Source of the DNA: Nemertoderma westbladi
Taxonomy: Eukaryota; Animalia; Xenacoelomorpha
Reading direction: 5' to 3'
DNA length: 64,000 nucleotides
NCBI GenBank assembly: GCA_032718475.1
Contig: JAUCBJ010007794.1
Coordinates: 1-64,000 of the forward strand
The notes under the pieces are model-generated. The model searched no databases. It was not told the DNA's origin and was given only the letters and a program-made list of their open reading frames with translations. Shown in pieces: positions 1 to 15,000 of the stretch (positions within the stretch are counted from its first letter, which is position 1; each line of letters starts with the position of its first letter). The position numbers were made by a program, and so were the translations under genes.

Positions 1-3000
1 AGTTGGATTGGGCTGATGCTGGTGGAAGGGTGGAGCTGGAGCCACAGCGGGTGGTATATGGAGGAGCAGTTGGATTGGGCAGGTGCAAGCGGAAGGGTGG
101 AGATGGAGCCACAGCGGGTGGTATAGGGAGGGGCAGTTGGATTGGGCTGAGGCTGTTGGAAGGGTGGAGCTGGAGCCACAGCGGGTGGTATAGGGAGGAG
201 CAGTTGGATTGGGCTGAGTCTTGTGGAAGGGTTGAGCTGGAGCCACAGCGGGTGGTATAGGGAGGCGCAGTTGGATTGGGCTGAGGCTGGTGGAAGGGAG
301 GAGCTGGAGCCACAGCGTGTGGTATAGGGAGGATCAGTTGGATTGGGCTGAGGCTGGTGGAAGGGTGGAGCTGGAGCCACAGCGGGTGGTATAGGGAGGA
401 GCAGTTGGATTGGGCTGAGGCTGGTGGAAGGGTGGAGCTGGAGCCACAGCGGGTGGTATAGGGAGGAGCAGTTGGATTGGGCTGAGGCTGGTGGAAGGGT
501 GGAGCTGGAGCCACAGCGGGTGGTATAGGGAGGAGCAGTTGGATTGGGCTGAGGCTGGTGGAAGGGTGGAGCTGGAGCCACAGCGGGTGGTATAGGGAGG
601 AGCAGTTGGATTGGGCTGAGGCTGGTGGAAGGGTGGAGCTGGAGCCACAGCGGGTGGTATAGGGAGGAGCAGTTGGATTGGGCTGAGGCTGGTGGAAGGG
701 TGGAGCTGGAGCCACAGCGGGTGGTATAGGGAGGAGCAGTTGGATTGGGCTGAGGCTGGTGGAAGGGTGGAGCTGGAGCCACAGCGGGTGGTATAGGGAG
801 GAGCAGTTGGATTGGGCTGAGGCTGGTGGAAGGGTGGAGCTGGAGCCACAGCGGGTGGTATAGGGAGGAGCAGTTGGATTGGGCTGAGGCTGGTGGAAGG
901 GTGGAGCTGGAGCCACAGCGGGTGGTATAGGGAGGAGCAGTTGGATTGGGCTGAGGCTGGTGGAAGGGTGGAGCTGGAGCCACAGCGGGTGGTATAGGGA
1001 GGAGCAGTTGGATTGGGCTGAGGCTGGTGGAAGGGTGGAGCTGGAGCCACAGCGGGTGGTATAGGGAGGAGCAGTTGGATTGGGCTGAGGCTGGTGGAAG
1101 GGTGGAGCTGGAGCCACAGCGGGTGGTATAGGGAGGAGCAGTTGGATTGGGCTGAGGCTGGTGGAAGGGTGGAGCTGGAGCCACAGCGGGTGGTATAGGG
1201 AGGAGCAGTTGGATTGGGCTGAGGCTGGTGGAAGGGTGGAGCTGGAGCCACAGCGGGTGGTATAGGGAGGAGCAGTTGGATTGGGCTGAGGCTGGTGGAA
1301 GGGTGGAGCTGGAGCCACAGCGGGTGGTATAGGGAGGAGCAGTTGGATTGGGCTGAGGCTGGTGGAAGGGTGGAGCTGGAGCCACAGCGGGTGGTATAGG
1401 GAGGAGCAGTTGGATTGGGCTGAGGCTGGTGGAAGGGTGGAGCTGGAGCCACAGCGGGTGGTATAGGGAGGAGCAGTTGGATTGGGCTGAGGCTGGTGGA
1501 AGGGTGGAGCTGGAGCCACAGCGGGTGGTATAGGGAGGAGCAGTTGGATTGGGCTGAGGCTGGTGGAAGGGTGGAGCTGGAGCCACAGCGGGTGGTATAG
1601 GGAGGAGCAGTTGGATTGGGCTGAGGCTGGTGGAAGGGTGGAGCTGGAGCCACAGCGGGTGGTATAGGGAGGAGCAGTTGGATTGGGCTGAGGCTGGTGG
1701 AAGGGTGGAGCTGGAGCCACAGCGGGTGGTATAGGGAGGAGCAGTTGGATTGGGCTGAGGCTGGTGGAAGGGTGGAGCTGGAGCCACAGCGGGTGGTATA
1801 GGGAGGAGCAGTTGGATTGGGCTGAGGCTGGTGGAAGGGTGGAGCTGGAGCCACAGCGGGTGGTATAGGGAGGAGCAGTTGGATTGGGCTGAGGCTGGTG
1901 GAAGGGTGGAGCTGGAGCCACAGCGGGTGGTATAGGGAGGAGCAGTTGGATTGGGCTGAGGCTGGTGGAAGGGTGGAGCTGGAGCCACAGCGGGTGGTAT
2001 AGGGAGGAGCAGTTGGATTGGGCTGAGGCTGGTGGAAGGGTGGAGCTGGAGCCACAGCGGGTGGTATAGGGAGGAGCAGTTGGATTGGGCTGAGGCTGGT
2101 GGAAGGGTGGAGCTGGAGCCACAGCGGGTGGTATAGGGAGGAGCAGTTGGATTGGGCTGAGGCTGGTGGAAGGGTGGAGCTGGAGCCACAGCGGGTGGTA
2201 TAGGGAGGAGCAGTTGGATTGGGCTGAGGCTGGTGGAAGGGTGGAGCTGGAGCCACAGCGGGTGGTATAGGGAGGAGCAGTTGGATTGGGCTGAGGCTGG
2301 TGGAAGGGTGGAGCTGGAGCCACAGCGGGTGGTATAGGGAGGAGCAGTTGGATTGGGCTGAGGCTGGTGGAAGGGTGGAGCTGGAGCCACAGCGGGTGGT
2401 ATAGGGAGGAGCAGTTGGATTGGGCTGAGGCTGGTGGAAGGGTGGAGCTGGAGCCACAGCGGGTGGTATAGGGAGGAGCAGTTGGATTGGGCTGAGGCTG
2501 GTGGAAGGGTGGAGCTGGAGCCACAGCGGGTGGTATAGGGAGGAGCAGTTGGATTGGGCTGAGGCTGGTGGAAGGGTGGAGCTGGAGCCACAGCGGGTGG
2601 TATAGGGAGGAGCAGTTGGATTGGGCTGAGGCTGGTGGAAGGGTGGAGCTGGAGCCACAGCGGGTGGTATAGGGAGGAGCAGTTGGATTGGGCTGAGGCT
2701 GGTGGAAGGGTGGAGCTGGAGCCACAGCGGGTGGTATAGGGAGGAGCAGTTGGATTGGGCTGAGGCTGGTGGAAGGGTGGAGCTGGAGCCACAGCGGGTG
2801 GTATATGGAGGAGCAGTTGGATTGGGCTAGGTGGCGGAAGGGTGGAGCTGGAGCCACAGCGGGTGGTATAGGGAGGAGCAGTTGGATTGGGCTGAGGCTG
2901 TTGGAAGGGTGGAGCTGGAGCCACAGCGGGTGGTATAGGGAGGAGCAGTTGGATTGGGCTGAGGCTTGTGGAAGGGTGGAGCTGGAGCCACAGCGGGTGG

Positions 3001-6000
3001 TATAGGGAGGAGCAGTTGGATTGGGCTGAGGCTGGTGGAAGGGTGGAGCTGGAGCCACAGCGTGTGGTATAGGGAGGAGCAGTTGGATTGGGCTGAGGCT
3101 GGTGGAAGGGTGGAGCTGGAGCCACAGCGGGTGGTATAGGGAGGAGCAGTTGGATTGGGCTGAGGCTGGTGGAAGGGTGGAACTGGAGCCACAGTGGGTG
3201 GTATAGGGAGGAGCAGTTGGATTGGGCTGAGGCTTGTGGAAGGTTGGAGCTGGAGCCACAGCGGGTGGTATAGGGAGGAGCAGTTGGATTGGGCTGAGGC
3301 TGGTGGAAGGGTGGAGCTGGAGCCACAGCGGGTGGTATAGGGAGGAGCAGTTGGATTGGGCTGAGGCTGGTGGAAGGGTGGAGCTGGAGCCACAGCGGGT
3401 GGTATAGGGAGGAGCAGTTGGATTGGGCTGAGGCTGGTGGAAGGGTGGAGCTGGAGCCACAGCGGGTGGTATAGGGAGGAGCAGTTGGATTGGGCTGAGG
3501 CTGGTGGAAGGGTGGAGCTGGAGCCACAGCGGGTGGTATAGGGAGGAGCAGTTGGATTGGGCTGAGGCTGGTGGAAGGGTGGAGCTGGAGCCACAGCGGG
3601 TGGTATAGGGAGGAGCAGTTGGATTGGGCTGAGGCTGGTGGAAGGGTGGAGCTGGAGCCACAGCGGGTGGTATAGGGAGGAGCAGTTGGATTGGGCTGAG
3701 GCTGGTGGAAGGGTGGAGCTGGAGCCACAGCGGGTGGTATAGGGAGGAGCAGTTGGATTGGGCTGAGGCTGGTGGAAGGGTGGAGCTGGAGCCACAGCGG
3801 GTGGTATAGGGAGGAGCAGTTGGATTGGGCTGAGGCTGGTGGAAGGGTGGAGCTGGAGCCACAGCGGGTGGTATAGGGAGGAGCAGTTGGATTGGGCTGA
3901 GGCTGGTGGAAGGGTGGAGCTGGAGCCACAGCGGGTGGTATAGGGAGGAGCAGTTGGATTGGGCTGAGGCTGGTGGAAGGGTGGAGCTGGAGCCACAGCG
4001 GGTGGTATAGGGAGGAGCAGTTGGATTGGGCTGAGGCTGGTGGAAGGGTGGAGCTGGAGCCACAGCGGGTGGTATAGGGAGGAGCAGTTGGATTGGGCTG
4101 AGGCTGGTGGAAGGGTGGAGCTGGAGCCACAGCGGGTGGTATAGGGAGGAGCAGTTGGATTGGGCTGAGGCTGGTGGAAGGGTGGAGCTGGAGCCACAGC
4201 GGGTGGTATAGGGAGGAGCAGTTGGATTGGGCTGAGGCTGGTGGAAGGGTGGAGCTGGAGCCACAGCGGGTGGTATAGGGAGGAGCAGTTGGATTGGGCT
4301 GAGGCTGGTGGAAGGGTGGAGCTGGAGCCACAGCGGGTGGTATAGGGAGGAGCAGTTGGATTGGGCTGAGGCTGGTGGAAGGGTGGAGCTGGAGCCACAG
4401 CGGGTGGTATAGGGAGGAGCAGTTGGATTGGGCTGAGGCTGGTGGAAGGGTGGAGCTGGAGCCACAGCGGGTGGTATAGGGAGGAGCAGTTGGATTGGGC
4501 TGAGGCTGGTGGAAGGGTGGAGCTGGAGCCACAGCGGGTGGTATAGGGAGGAGCAGTTGGATTGGGCTGAGGCTGGTGGAAGGGTGGAGCTGGAGCCACA
4601 GCGGGTGGTATAGGGAGGAGCAGTTGGATTGGGCTGAGGCTGGTGGAAGGGTGGAGCTGGAGCCACAGCGGGTGGTATAGGGAGGAGCAGTTGGATTGGG
4701 CTGAGGCTGGTGGAAGGGTGGAGCTGGAGCCACAGCGGGTGGTATAGGGAGGAGCAGTTGGATTGGGCTGAGGCTGGTGGAAGGGTGGAGCTGGAGCCAC
4801 AGCGGGTGGTATAGGGAGGAGCAGTTGGATTGGGCTGAGGCTGGTGGAAGGGTGGAGCTGGAGCCACAGCGGGTGGTATAGGGAGGAGCAGTTGGATTGG
4901 GCTGAGGCTGGTGGAAGGGTGGAGCTGGAGCCACAGCGGGTGGTATAGGGAGGAGCAGTTGGATTGGGCTGAGGCTGGTGGAAGGGTGGAGCTGGAGCCA
5001 CAGCGGGTGGTATAGGGAGGAGCAGTTGGATTGGGCTGAGGCTGGTGGAAGGGTGGAGCTGGAGCCACAGCGGGTGGTATAGGGAGGAGCAGTTGGATTG
5101 GGCTGAGGCTGGTGGAAGGGTGGAGCTGGAGCCACAGCGGGTGGTATAGGGAGGAGCAGTTGGATTGGGCTGAGGCTGGTGGAAGGGTGGAGCTGGAGCC
5201 ACAGCGGGTGGTATAGGGAGGAGCAGTTGGATTGGGCTGAGGCTGGTGGAAGGGTGGAGCTGGAGCCACAGCGGGTGGTATAGGGAGGAGCAGTTGGATT
5301 GGGCTGAGGCTGGTGGAAGGGTGGAGCTGGAGCCACAGCGGGTGGTATAGGGAGGAGCAGTTGGATTGGGCTGAGGCTGGTGGAAGGGTGGAGCTGGAGC
5401 CACAGCGGGTGGTATAGGGAGGAGCAGTTGGATTGGGCTGAGGCTGGTGGAAGGGTGGAGCTGGAGCCACAGCGGGTGGTATAGGGAGGAGCAGTTGGAT
5501 TGGGCTGAGGCTGGTGGAAGGGTGGAGCTGGAGCCACAGCGGGTGGTATAGGGAGGAGCAGTTGGATTGGGCTGAGGCTGGTGGAAGGGTGGAGCTGGAG
5601 CCACAGCGGGTGGTATAGGGAGGAGCAGTTGGATTGGGCTGAGGCTGGTGGAAGGGTGGAGCTGGAGCCACAGCGGGTGGTATAGGGAGGAGCAGTTGGA
5701 TTGGGCTGAGGCTGGTGGAAGGGTGGAGCTGGAGCCACAGCGGGTGGTATAGGGAGGAGCAGTTGGATTGGGCTGAGGCTGGTGGAAGGGTGGAGCTGGA
5801 GCCACAGCGGGTGGTATAGGGAGGAGCAGTTGGATTGGGCTGAGGCTGGTGGAAGGGTGGAGCTGGAGCCACAGCGGGTGGTATAGGGAGGAGCAGTTGG
5901 ATTGGGCTGAGGCTGGTGGAAGGGTGGAGCTGGAGCCACAGCGGGTGGTATAGGGAGGAGCAGTTGGATTGGGCTGAGGCTGGTGGAAGGGTGGAGCTGG

Positions 6001-9000
6001 AGCCACAGCGGGTGGTATAGGGAGGAGCAGTTGGATTGGGCTGAGGCTGGTGGAAGGGTGGAGCTGGAGCCACAGCGGGTGGTATAGGGAGGAGCAGTTG
6101 GATTGGGCTGAGGCTGGTGGAAGGGTGGAGCTGGAGCCACAGCGGGTGGTATAGGGAGGAGCAGTTGGATTGGGCTGAGGCTGGTGGAAGGGTGGAGCTG
6201 GAGCCACAGCGGGTGGTATAGGGAGGAGCAGTTGGATTGGGCTGAGGCTGGTGGAAGGGTGGAGCTGGAGCCACAGCGGGTGGTATAGGGAGGAGCAGTT
6301 GGATTGGGCTGAGGCTGGTGGAAGGGTGGAGCTGGAGCCACAGCGGGTGGTATAGGGAGGAGCAGTTGGATTGGGCTGAGGCTGGTGGAAGGGTGGAGCT
6401 GGAGCCACAGCGGGTGGTATAGGGAGGAGCAGTTGGATTGGGCTGAGGCTGGTGGAAGGGTGGAGCTGGAGCCACAGCGGGTGGTATAGGGAGGAGCAGT
6501 TGGATTGGGCTGAGGCTGGTGGAAGGGTGGAGCTGGAGCCACAGCGGGTGGTATAGGGAGGAGCAGTTGGATTGGGCTGAGGCTGGTGGAAGGGTGGAGC
6601 TGGAGCCACAGCGGGTGGTATAGGGAGGAGCAGTTGGATTGGGCTGAGGCTGGTGGAAGGGTGGAGCTGGAGCCACAGCGGGTGGTATAGGGAGGAGCAG
6701 TTGGATTGGGCTGAGGCTGGTGGAAGGGTGGAGCTGGAGCCACAGCGGGTGGTATAGGGAGGAGCAGTTGGATTGGGCTGAGGCTGGTGGAAGGGTGGAG
6801 CTGGAGCCACAGCGGGTGGTATAGGGAGGAGCAGTTGGATTGGGCTGAGGCTGGTGGAAGGGTGGAGCTGGAGCCACAGCGGGTGGTATAGGGAGGAGCA
6901 GTTGGATTGGGCTGAGGCTGGTGGAAGGGTGGAGCTGGAGCCACAGCGGGTGGTATAGGGAGGAGCAGTTGGATTGGGCTGAGGCTGGTGGAAGGGTGGA
7001 GCTGGAGCCACAGCGGGTGGTATAGGGAGGAGCAGTTGGATTGGGCTGAGGCTGGTGGAAGGGTGGAGCTGGAGCCACAGCGGGTGGTATAGGGAGGAGC
7101 AGTTGGATTGGGCTGAGGCTGGTGGAAGGGTGGAGCTGGAGCCACAGCGGGTGGTATAGGGAGGAGCAGTTGGATTGGGCTGAGGCTGGTGGAAGGGTGG
7201 AGCTGGAGCCACAGCGGGTGGTATAGGGAGGAGCAGTTGGATTGGGCTGAGGCTGGTGGAAGGGTGGAGCTGGAGCCACAGCGGGTGGTATAGGGAGGAG
7301 CAGTTGGATTGGGCTGAGGCTGGTGGAAGGGTGGAGCTGGAGCCACAGCGGGTGGTATAGGGAGGAGCAGTTGGATTGGGCTGAGGCTGGTGGAAGGGTG
7401 GAGCTGGAGCCACAGCGGGTGGTATAGGGAGGAGCAGTTGGATTGGGCTGAGGCTGGTGGAAGGGTGGAGCTGGAGCCACAGCGGGTGGTATAGGGAGGA
7501 GCAGTTGGATTGGGCTGAGGCTTGTGGAAGGGTGGAGCTGGAGCCACAGCGGGTGGTATAGGGAGGCGCAGTTGGATTGGGCTGAGGCTGGTGGAAGGGT
7601 GGAGCTGGAGCCACAGCGTGTGGTATAGGGAGGATCAGTTGGATTGGGCTGAGGCTGGTGGAAGGGTGGAGCTGGAGCCACAGCGGGTGGTATAGGGAGG
7701 AGCAGTTGGATTGGGCTGAGGCTGGTGGAAGGGTGGAGCTGGAGCCACAGCGGGTGGTATAGGGAGGAGCAGTTGGATTGGGCTGAGGCTGGTGGAAGGG
7801 TGGAGCTGGAGCCACAGCGGGTGGTATAGGGAGGAGCAGTTGGATTGGGCTGAGGCTGGTGGAAGGGTGGAGCTGGAGCCACAGCGGGTGGTATAGGGAG
7901 GAGCAGTTGGATTGGGCTGAGGCTGGTGGAAGGGTGGAGCTGGAGCCACAGCGGGTGGTATAGGGAGGAGCAGTTGGATTGGGCTGAGGCTGGTGGAAGG
8001 GTGGAGCTGGAGCCACAGCGGGTGGTATAGGGAGGAGCAGTTGGATTGGGCTGAGGCTGGTGGAAGGGTGGAGCTGGAGCCACAGCGGGTGGTATAGGGA
8101 GGAGCAGTTGGATTGGGCTGAGGCTGGTGGAAGGGTGGAGCTGGAGCCACAGCGGGTGGTATAGGGAGGAGCAGTTGGATTGGGCTGAGGCTGGTGGAAG
8201 GGTGGAGCTGGAGCCACAGCGGGTGGTATAGGGAGGAGCAGTTGGATTGGGCTGAGGCTGGTGGAAGGGTGGAGCTGGAGCCACAGCGGGTGGTATAGGG
8301 AGGAGCAGTTGGATTGGGCTGAGGCTGGTGGAAGGGTGGAGCTGGAGCCACAGCGGGTGGTATAGGGAGGAGCAGTTGGATTGGGCTGAGGCTGGTGGAA
8401 GGGTGGAGCTGGAGCCACAGCGGGTGGTATAGGGAGGAGCAGTTGGATTGGGCTGAGGCTGGTGGAAGGGTGGAGCTGGAGCCACAGCGGGTGGTATAGG
8501 GAGGAGCAGTTGGATTGGGCTGAGGCTGGTGGAAGGGTGGAGCTGGAGCCACAGCGGGTGGTATAGGGAGGAGCAGTTGGATTGGGCTGAGGCTGGTGGA
8601 AGGGTGGAGCTGGAGCCACAGCGGGTGGTATAGGGAGGAGCAGTTGGATTGGGCTGAGTGCTAGTGGAAGGGTGGAGCTGGAGCCACAGCGGGTGGTATA
8701 GGGAGGGGCAGTTGGATTGGGCTGAGGCTGGTGGAAGGGTGGAGCTGGAGCCACAGCGGGTGGTATAGGGAGGAGCAGTTGGATTGGGCTGAGTCTTGTG
8801 GAAGGGTGGAGCTGGAGCCACAGCGGGTGGTATAGGGAGGCGCAGTTGGATTGGGCTGAGGCTGGTGGAAGGGAGGAGCTGGAGCCACAGCGTGTGGTAT
8901 AGGGAGGATCAGTTGGATTGGGCTGAGGCTGGTGGAAGGGTGGAGCTGGAGCCACAGCGGGTGGTATAGGGAGGAGCAGTTGGATTGGGCTGAGGCTGGT

Positions 9001-12000
9001 GGAAGGGTGGAGCTGGAGCCACAGCGGGTGGTATAGGGAGGAGCAGTTGGATTGGGCTGAGGCTGGTGGAAGGGTGGAGCTGGAGCCACAGCGGGTGGTA
9101 TAGGGAGGAGCAGTTGGATTGGGCTGAGGCTGGTGGAAGGGTGGAGCTGGAGCCACAGCGGGTGGTATAGGGAGGAGCAGTTGGATTGGGCTGAGGCTGG
9201 TGGAAGGGTGGAGCTGGAGCCACAGCGGGTGGTATAGGGAGGAGCAGTTGGATTGGGCTGAGGCTGGTGGAAGGGTGGAGCTGGAGCCACAGCGGGTGGT
9301 ATAGGGAGGAGCAGTTGGATTGGGCTGAGGCTGATGGAAGGGTGGAGCTGGAGCCACAGCGGGTGGTATAGGGAGGAGCAGTTGGATTGGGCTGAGGCTG
9401 GTGGAAGGGTGGAGCTGGAGCCACAGCGGGTGGTATAGGGAGGAGCAGTTGGATTGGGCTGAGGCTGGTGGAAGGGTGGAGCTGGAGCCACAGCGGGTGG
9501 TATAGGGAGGAGCAGTTGGATTGGGCTGAGGCTGGTGGAAGGGTGGAGCTGGAGCCACAGCGGGTGGTATAGGGAGGAGCAGTTGGATTGGGCTGAGGCT
9601 GGTGGAAGGGTGGAGCTGGAGCCACAGCGGGTGGTATAGGGAGGAGCAGTTGGATTGGGCTGAGGCTGGTGGAAGGGTGGAGCTGGAGCCACAGCGGGTG
9701 GTATAGGGAGGAGCAGTTGGATTGGGCTGAGGCTGGTGGAAGGGTGGAGCTGGAGCCACAGCGGGTGGTATAGGGAGGAGCAGTTGGATTGGGCTGAGGC
9801 TGGTGGAAGGGTGGAGCTGGAGCCACAGCGGGTGGTATAGGGAGGAGCAGTTGGATTGGGCTGAGGCTGGTGGAAGGGTGGAGCTGGAGCCACAGCGGGT
9901 GGTATAGGGAGGAGCAGTTGGATTGGGCTGAGGCTGGTGGAAGGGTGGAGCTGGAGCCACAGCGGGTGGTATAGGGAGGGGCAGTTGGATTGGGCTGAGG
10001 CTGGTGGAAGGGTGGAGCTGGAGCCACAGCGGGTGGTATAGGGAGGAGCAGTTGGATTGGGCTGAGGCTGGTGGAAGGGTGGAGCTGGAGCCACAGCGGG
10101 TGGTATAGGGAGGGGCAGTTGGATTGGGCTGAGGCTGGTGGAAGGGTGGAGCTGGAGCCACAGCGGGTGGTATAGGGAGGAGCAGTTGGATTGGGCTGAG
10201 GCTGATGGAAGGGTGGAGCTGGAGCCACAGCGGGTGGTATAGGGAGGAGCAGTTGGATTGGGCTGAGGCTGGTGGAAGGGTGGAGCTGGAGCCACAGCGG
10301 GTGGTATAGGGAGGAGCAGTTGGATTGGGCTGAGGCTGATGGAAGGGTGGAGCTGGAGCCACAGCGGGTGGTATAGGGAGGAGCAGTTGGATTGGGCTGA
10401 GGATGGTGGAAGGGTGGAGCTGGAGCCACGTGGAGCTCGCGGTTGGTATAGGGAGGAGCAGTTGGATTGGGCTGAGGGTGGTGGAAGGGTGGAGCTGGAG
10501 CCACAGCGGGTGGTATAGGGAGGGGCAGTTGGATTGGGCTGAGGCTGGTGGAAGGGTGGAGCTGGAGCCACAGCGGGTGGTATAGGGAGGAGCAGTTGGA
10601 TTGGGCTGAGGCTGGTGGAAGGGTGGAGCTGGAGCCACAGCGGGTGGTATAGGGGGGAGCAGTTGGATTGGGCTGAGGCTGATAGAAGGGTGGAGCTGGA
10701 GCCACAGCGGGTGGTATAGGGAGGAGCAGTTGGATTGGGCTGAGGCTGGTGGAAGGGTGGAGCTGGAGCCACAGCGGGTGGTATAGGGAGGAGCAGTTGG
10801 ATTGGGCTGATGCTGGTGGAAGGGTGGAGCTGGAGCCACAGCGGGTGGTATAGGGAGGAGCAGTTGGATTGGGCTGAGGCTAGTTGAAGTGTGGAGCTGG
10901 AGCCACAGCGGGTGGTATAGGGAGGAGCAGTTGGATTGGGCTGATGCTGGTGGAAGGGTGGAGCTGGAGCCACAGCGGGTGGTATATGGAGGAGCAGTTG
11001 GATTGGGCAGGTGCAAGCGGAAGGGTGGAGATGGAGCCACAGCGGGTGGTATAGGGAGGGGCAGTTGGATTGGGCTGAGGCTGTTGGAAGGGTGGAGCTG
11101 GAGCCACAGCGGGTGGTATAGGGAGGAGCAGTTGGATTGGGCTGAGTCTTGTGGAAGGGTTGAGCTGGAGCCACAGCGGGTGGTATAGGGAGGCGCAGTT
11201 GGATTGGGCTGAGGCTGGTGGAAGGGAGGAGCTGGAGCCACAGCGTGTGGTATAGGGAGGATCAGTTGGATTGGGCTGAGGCTGGTGGAAGGGTGGAGCT
11301 GGAGCCACAGCGGGTGGTATAGGGAGGAGCAGTTGGATTGGGCTGAGGCTGATGGAAGGGTGGAGCTGGAGCCACAGCGGGTGGTATAGGGAGGAGCAGT
11401 TGGATTGGGCTGAGGCTGGTGGAAGGGTGGAGCTGGAGCCACAGCGGGTGGTATAGGGAGGAGCAGTTGGATTGGGCTGAGGCTGATGGAAGGGTGGAGC
11501 TGGAGCCACAGCGGGTGGTATAGGGAGGAGCAGTTGGATTGGGCTGAGGATGGTGGAAGGGTGGAGCTGGAGCCACAGTGGAGCTACAGCGGTTGGTATA
11601 GGGAGGAGCAGTTGGATTGGGCTGAGGGTGGTGGAAGGGTGGAGCTGGAGCCACAGCGAATGGTATCGGGAGGGGCAGTTGGATTGGGCTGAGGCTGGTG
11701 GAAGGGTGGAGCTGGAGCCACAGCGGGTGGTATAGGGAGGAGCAGTTGGATTGGGCTGAGGCTGGTGGAAGGGTGGAGCTGGAGCCACAGCGGGTGGTAT
11801 AGGGAGGAGCAGTTGGATTGGGCTGAGGCTGGTGGAAGGGTGGAGCTGGAGCCACAGCGGGTGGTATAGGGAGGAGCAGTTGGATTGGGCTGAGGCTGGT
11901 GGAAGGGTGGAGCTGGAGCCACAGCGGGTGGTATAGGGAGGAGCAGTTGGATTGGGCTGAGGCTGGTGGAAGGGTGGAGCTGGAGCCACAGCGGGTGGTA

Positions 12001-15000
12001 TAGGGAGGAGCAGTTGGATTGGGCTGATGCTGGTGGAAGGGTGGAGCTGGAGCCACAGCGGGTGGTATAGGGAGGAGCAGTTGGATTGGGCTGAGGCTGC
12101 AAGCGGAAGGGTGGAGATGGAGCCACAGCGGGTGGTATAGGGAGGAGCAGTTGGATTGGGCTGAGTCTTGTGGAAGGGTTGAGCTGGAGCCACAGCGGGT
12201 GGTATAGGGAGGCGCAGTTGGATTGGGCTGAGGCTGGTGGAAGGGAGGAGCTGGAGCCACAGCGTGTGGTATAGGGAGGATCAGTTGGATTGGGCTGAGG
12301 CTGGTGGAAGGGTGGAGCTGGAGCCACATCGGGTGGTATAGGGAGGAGCAGTTGGATTGGGCTGAGGCTGGTGGAAGGGTGGAACTGGAGCCACAGTGGG
12401 TGGTATAGGGAGGAGCAGTTGGATTGGGCTGAGGCTTGTGGAAGGTTGGAGCTGGAGCCACAGCGGGTGGTATAGGGAGGAGCAGTTGGATTGGGCTGAG
12501 GCTGGTGGAAGGGTGGAGCTGGTGCCACAGCGGGTGGTATAGGGAGGGGCAGTTGGATTGGGCTGAGGCTGGTGGAAGGGTGGAGCTGGAGCTACAGCGG
12601 GTGGTATAGGGAGGAGCAGTTGGATTGGGCTGAGGCTGGTGGAAGGGTGGAGCTGGAAACACAGCGGGTGGTATAGGGAGGGGCAGTTGGATTGGGCTGA
12701 GGCTGGTGGAAGGGTGGAGCTGGAGCTACAGCGGGTGGTATAGGGAGGAGCAGTTGGTTTGGGCTGAGGCTGGTTGAAGGGTGGAGCTGGAACCACAGCG
12801 GGTGGTATAGGGAGGAGCAGTTGGATTGGGCTGAGGCTGGTGGAAGGGTGGAGCTGGAGCCACAGCGGGTGGTATAGGGAGGAGCAGTTGGATTGGGCTG
12901 AGGCTGTTGGAAGGGTGGAGCTGGAGCCACAGCGGGTGGTATAGGGAGGAGCAGTTGGATTGGGCTGAGGCTGGTGGAAGGGTGGAGCTGGAGCCACAGC
13001 GGGTGGTATAGGGAGGAGCAGTTGGATTGGGCTGGTGCAAGCGGAAGGGTGGAGATGGATCCACAGCGGGTGGTATAGGGAGGGGCAGTTGGATTGAGCT
13101 GAGGCTGTTGGAAGGGTGGAGCTGGAGCCACAGCGGGTGGTATAGGGAGGAGCAGTTGGATTGGGCTGAGTCTTGTGGAAGGGTTGTGCTAGAGCCACAG
13201 CAGGTGTTATAGGGAGGCGCAGTTGGATTGGGCTGAGGCTGGTGGAAGGGAGGAGCTGGAGCCACAGCGGGTGGTATAGGGAGGATCAGTTGGATTGGGC
13301 TGAGGCTGGTGGAAGGGTGGAGCTGGAGCCACAGCGGGTGGTATAGGGAGGAGCAGTTGGATTGGGCTGAGGCTGGTGGAAGGGTGGAGCTGGAGCCACA
13401 GCGGGTGGTATAGGGAGGAGCAGTTGGATTGGGCTGATGCTGGTGGAAGGGTGGAGCTGGAGCCACAGCGGGTGGTATAGGGAGGAGCAGTTGGATTGGG
13501 CTGAGGCTAGTACTTGAAGTGTGGAGCTGGAGCCACAGCGGGTGGTATAGGGAGGAGCAGTTGGATTGGGCTGATGCTGGTGGAAGGGTGGAGCTGGAGC
13601 CACAGCGGGTGGTATAGGGAGGAGCAGTTGGATTGGGCTGAGGCTGGTGGAAGGGTGGAGCTGGAGCCACAGCGGGTGGTATAGGGAGGAGCAGTTGGAT
13701 TGGGCTGGTGCAAGCGGAAGGGTGGAGATGGAGCCACAGCGGGTGGTATAGGGAGGGGCAGTTGGATTGGGCTGAGGCTGTTGGAAGGGTGGAGCTGGAC
13801 CCACAGCGGGTGGTATAGGGAGGAGCAGTTGGATTGGGCTCAGTCTTGTGGAAGGGTTGAGCTGGAGCCACAGCGGGTGGTATAAGGAGGCGCAGTTGGA
13901 TTGGGCTGAGGCTGGTGGAAGGGAAGAGCTGGAGCTACAGCGTGTGGTATAGGGAGGATCAGTTGGATTGGGCTGAGACTGGTGGAAGGGTGGAGCTGGA
14001 GCCACAGCGTGTGGTATAGGGAGGAGCAGTTGGATTGGGCTGGTGCAAGCGGAACGGTGGAGCTGGAACCACAGCGGGTGTTATAGGGAGGACCAGTTGG
14101 ATTGGGCTGAGGCTGGTGGAATGGTGGAGCTGGAACCACAGTGGGTGGTATAGGGCGGATCAGTTGGATTGGGCTGAGGCTGCTGGAAGGGTAGAGCTGG
14201 AGCGACAGCGGGTGGTATAGGGAGGAGCAGTTGGATTGGGCTGAGGCTGGTGGAAGGGTGGAGCTGGAGCCACAGCGGCTGGTATAGGGAGGAGCAGTTG
14301 GATTGGGCTGAGGCTGGTGGAAGGGTGGAGCTGGAGCCACAGTGGCTGGTATAGGGAGGAGCAGTTGGATTGGGCTGAGGCTGGTGGAAGGGTGGAGCTG
14401 GAGGACAGCGGCTGGTATAGGGAGGAGCAGTTGGATTGGGCTGAGGCTGGTGGAAGGGTGGAGCTGGAGGCACAGCAGGTGGTATAGGGAGGAGCAGTTG
14501 GATTGGGCTGAGGCTGGTGGAAGGGTGGAGCTGGAGCCACAGCGGGTGGTATAGGGCGGAGCAGTTGGATTGGGCTGAGGCTGGTGGAAGGGTGGAGCTG
14601 GAGCCACAGCGGGTGGTATAGGGAGGAGCAGTTGGATTGGGCTGAGGCTGGTGGAAGGGTGGAGCTGGAGCCACAGCGGCTGGTATAGGGAGGAGCAGTT
14701 GGATTGGGCTGAGGCTGGTGGAAGGGTGGAGCTGGAGCCACAGCGGGTGGTATAGGGAGGAGCAGTTGGATTGGGCTGAGGCTGGTAGAAGGGTGGAGCT
14801 GGAGCCACAGCGGGTGGTATAGGGAGGAGCAGTTGGATTGGGCTGAGGCTGTGAAGGTGGAGCTGGAGCCACAGCGGGTGGTATAGGGAGGAGCAGTTGG
14901 ATTGGGCTGATGCTGGTGGAAGGGTGGAGCTGGAGCCACAGCGGGTGGTATAGAGAGGAGCAGTTGGATTGGGCTGATGCTGGTGGAAGGGTGGAGCTGT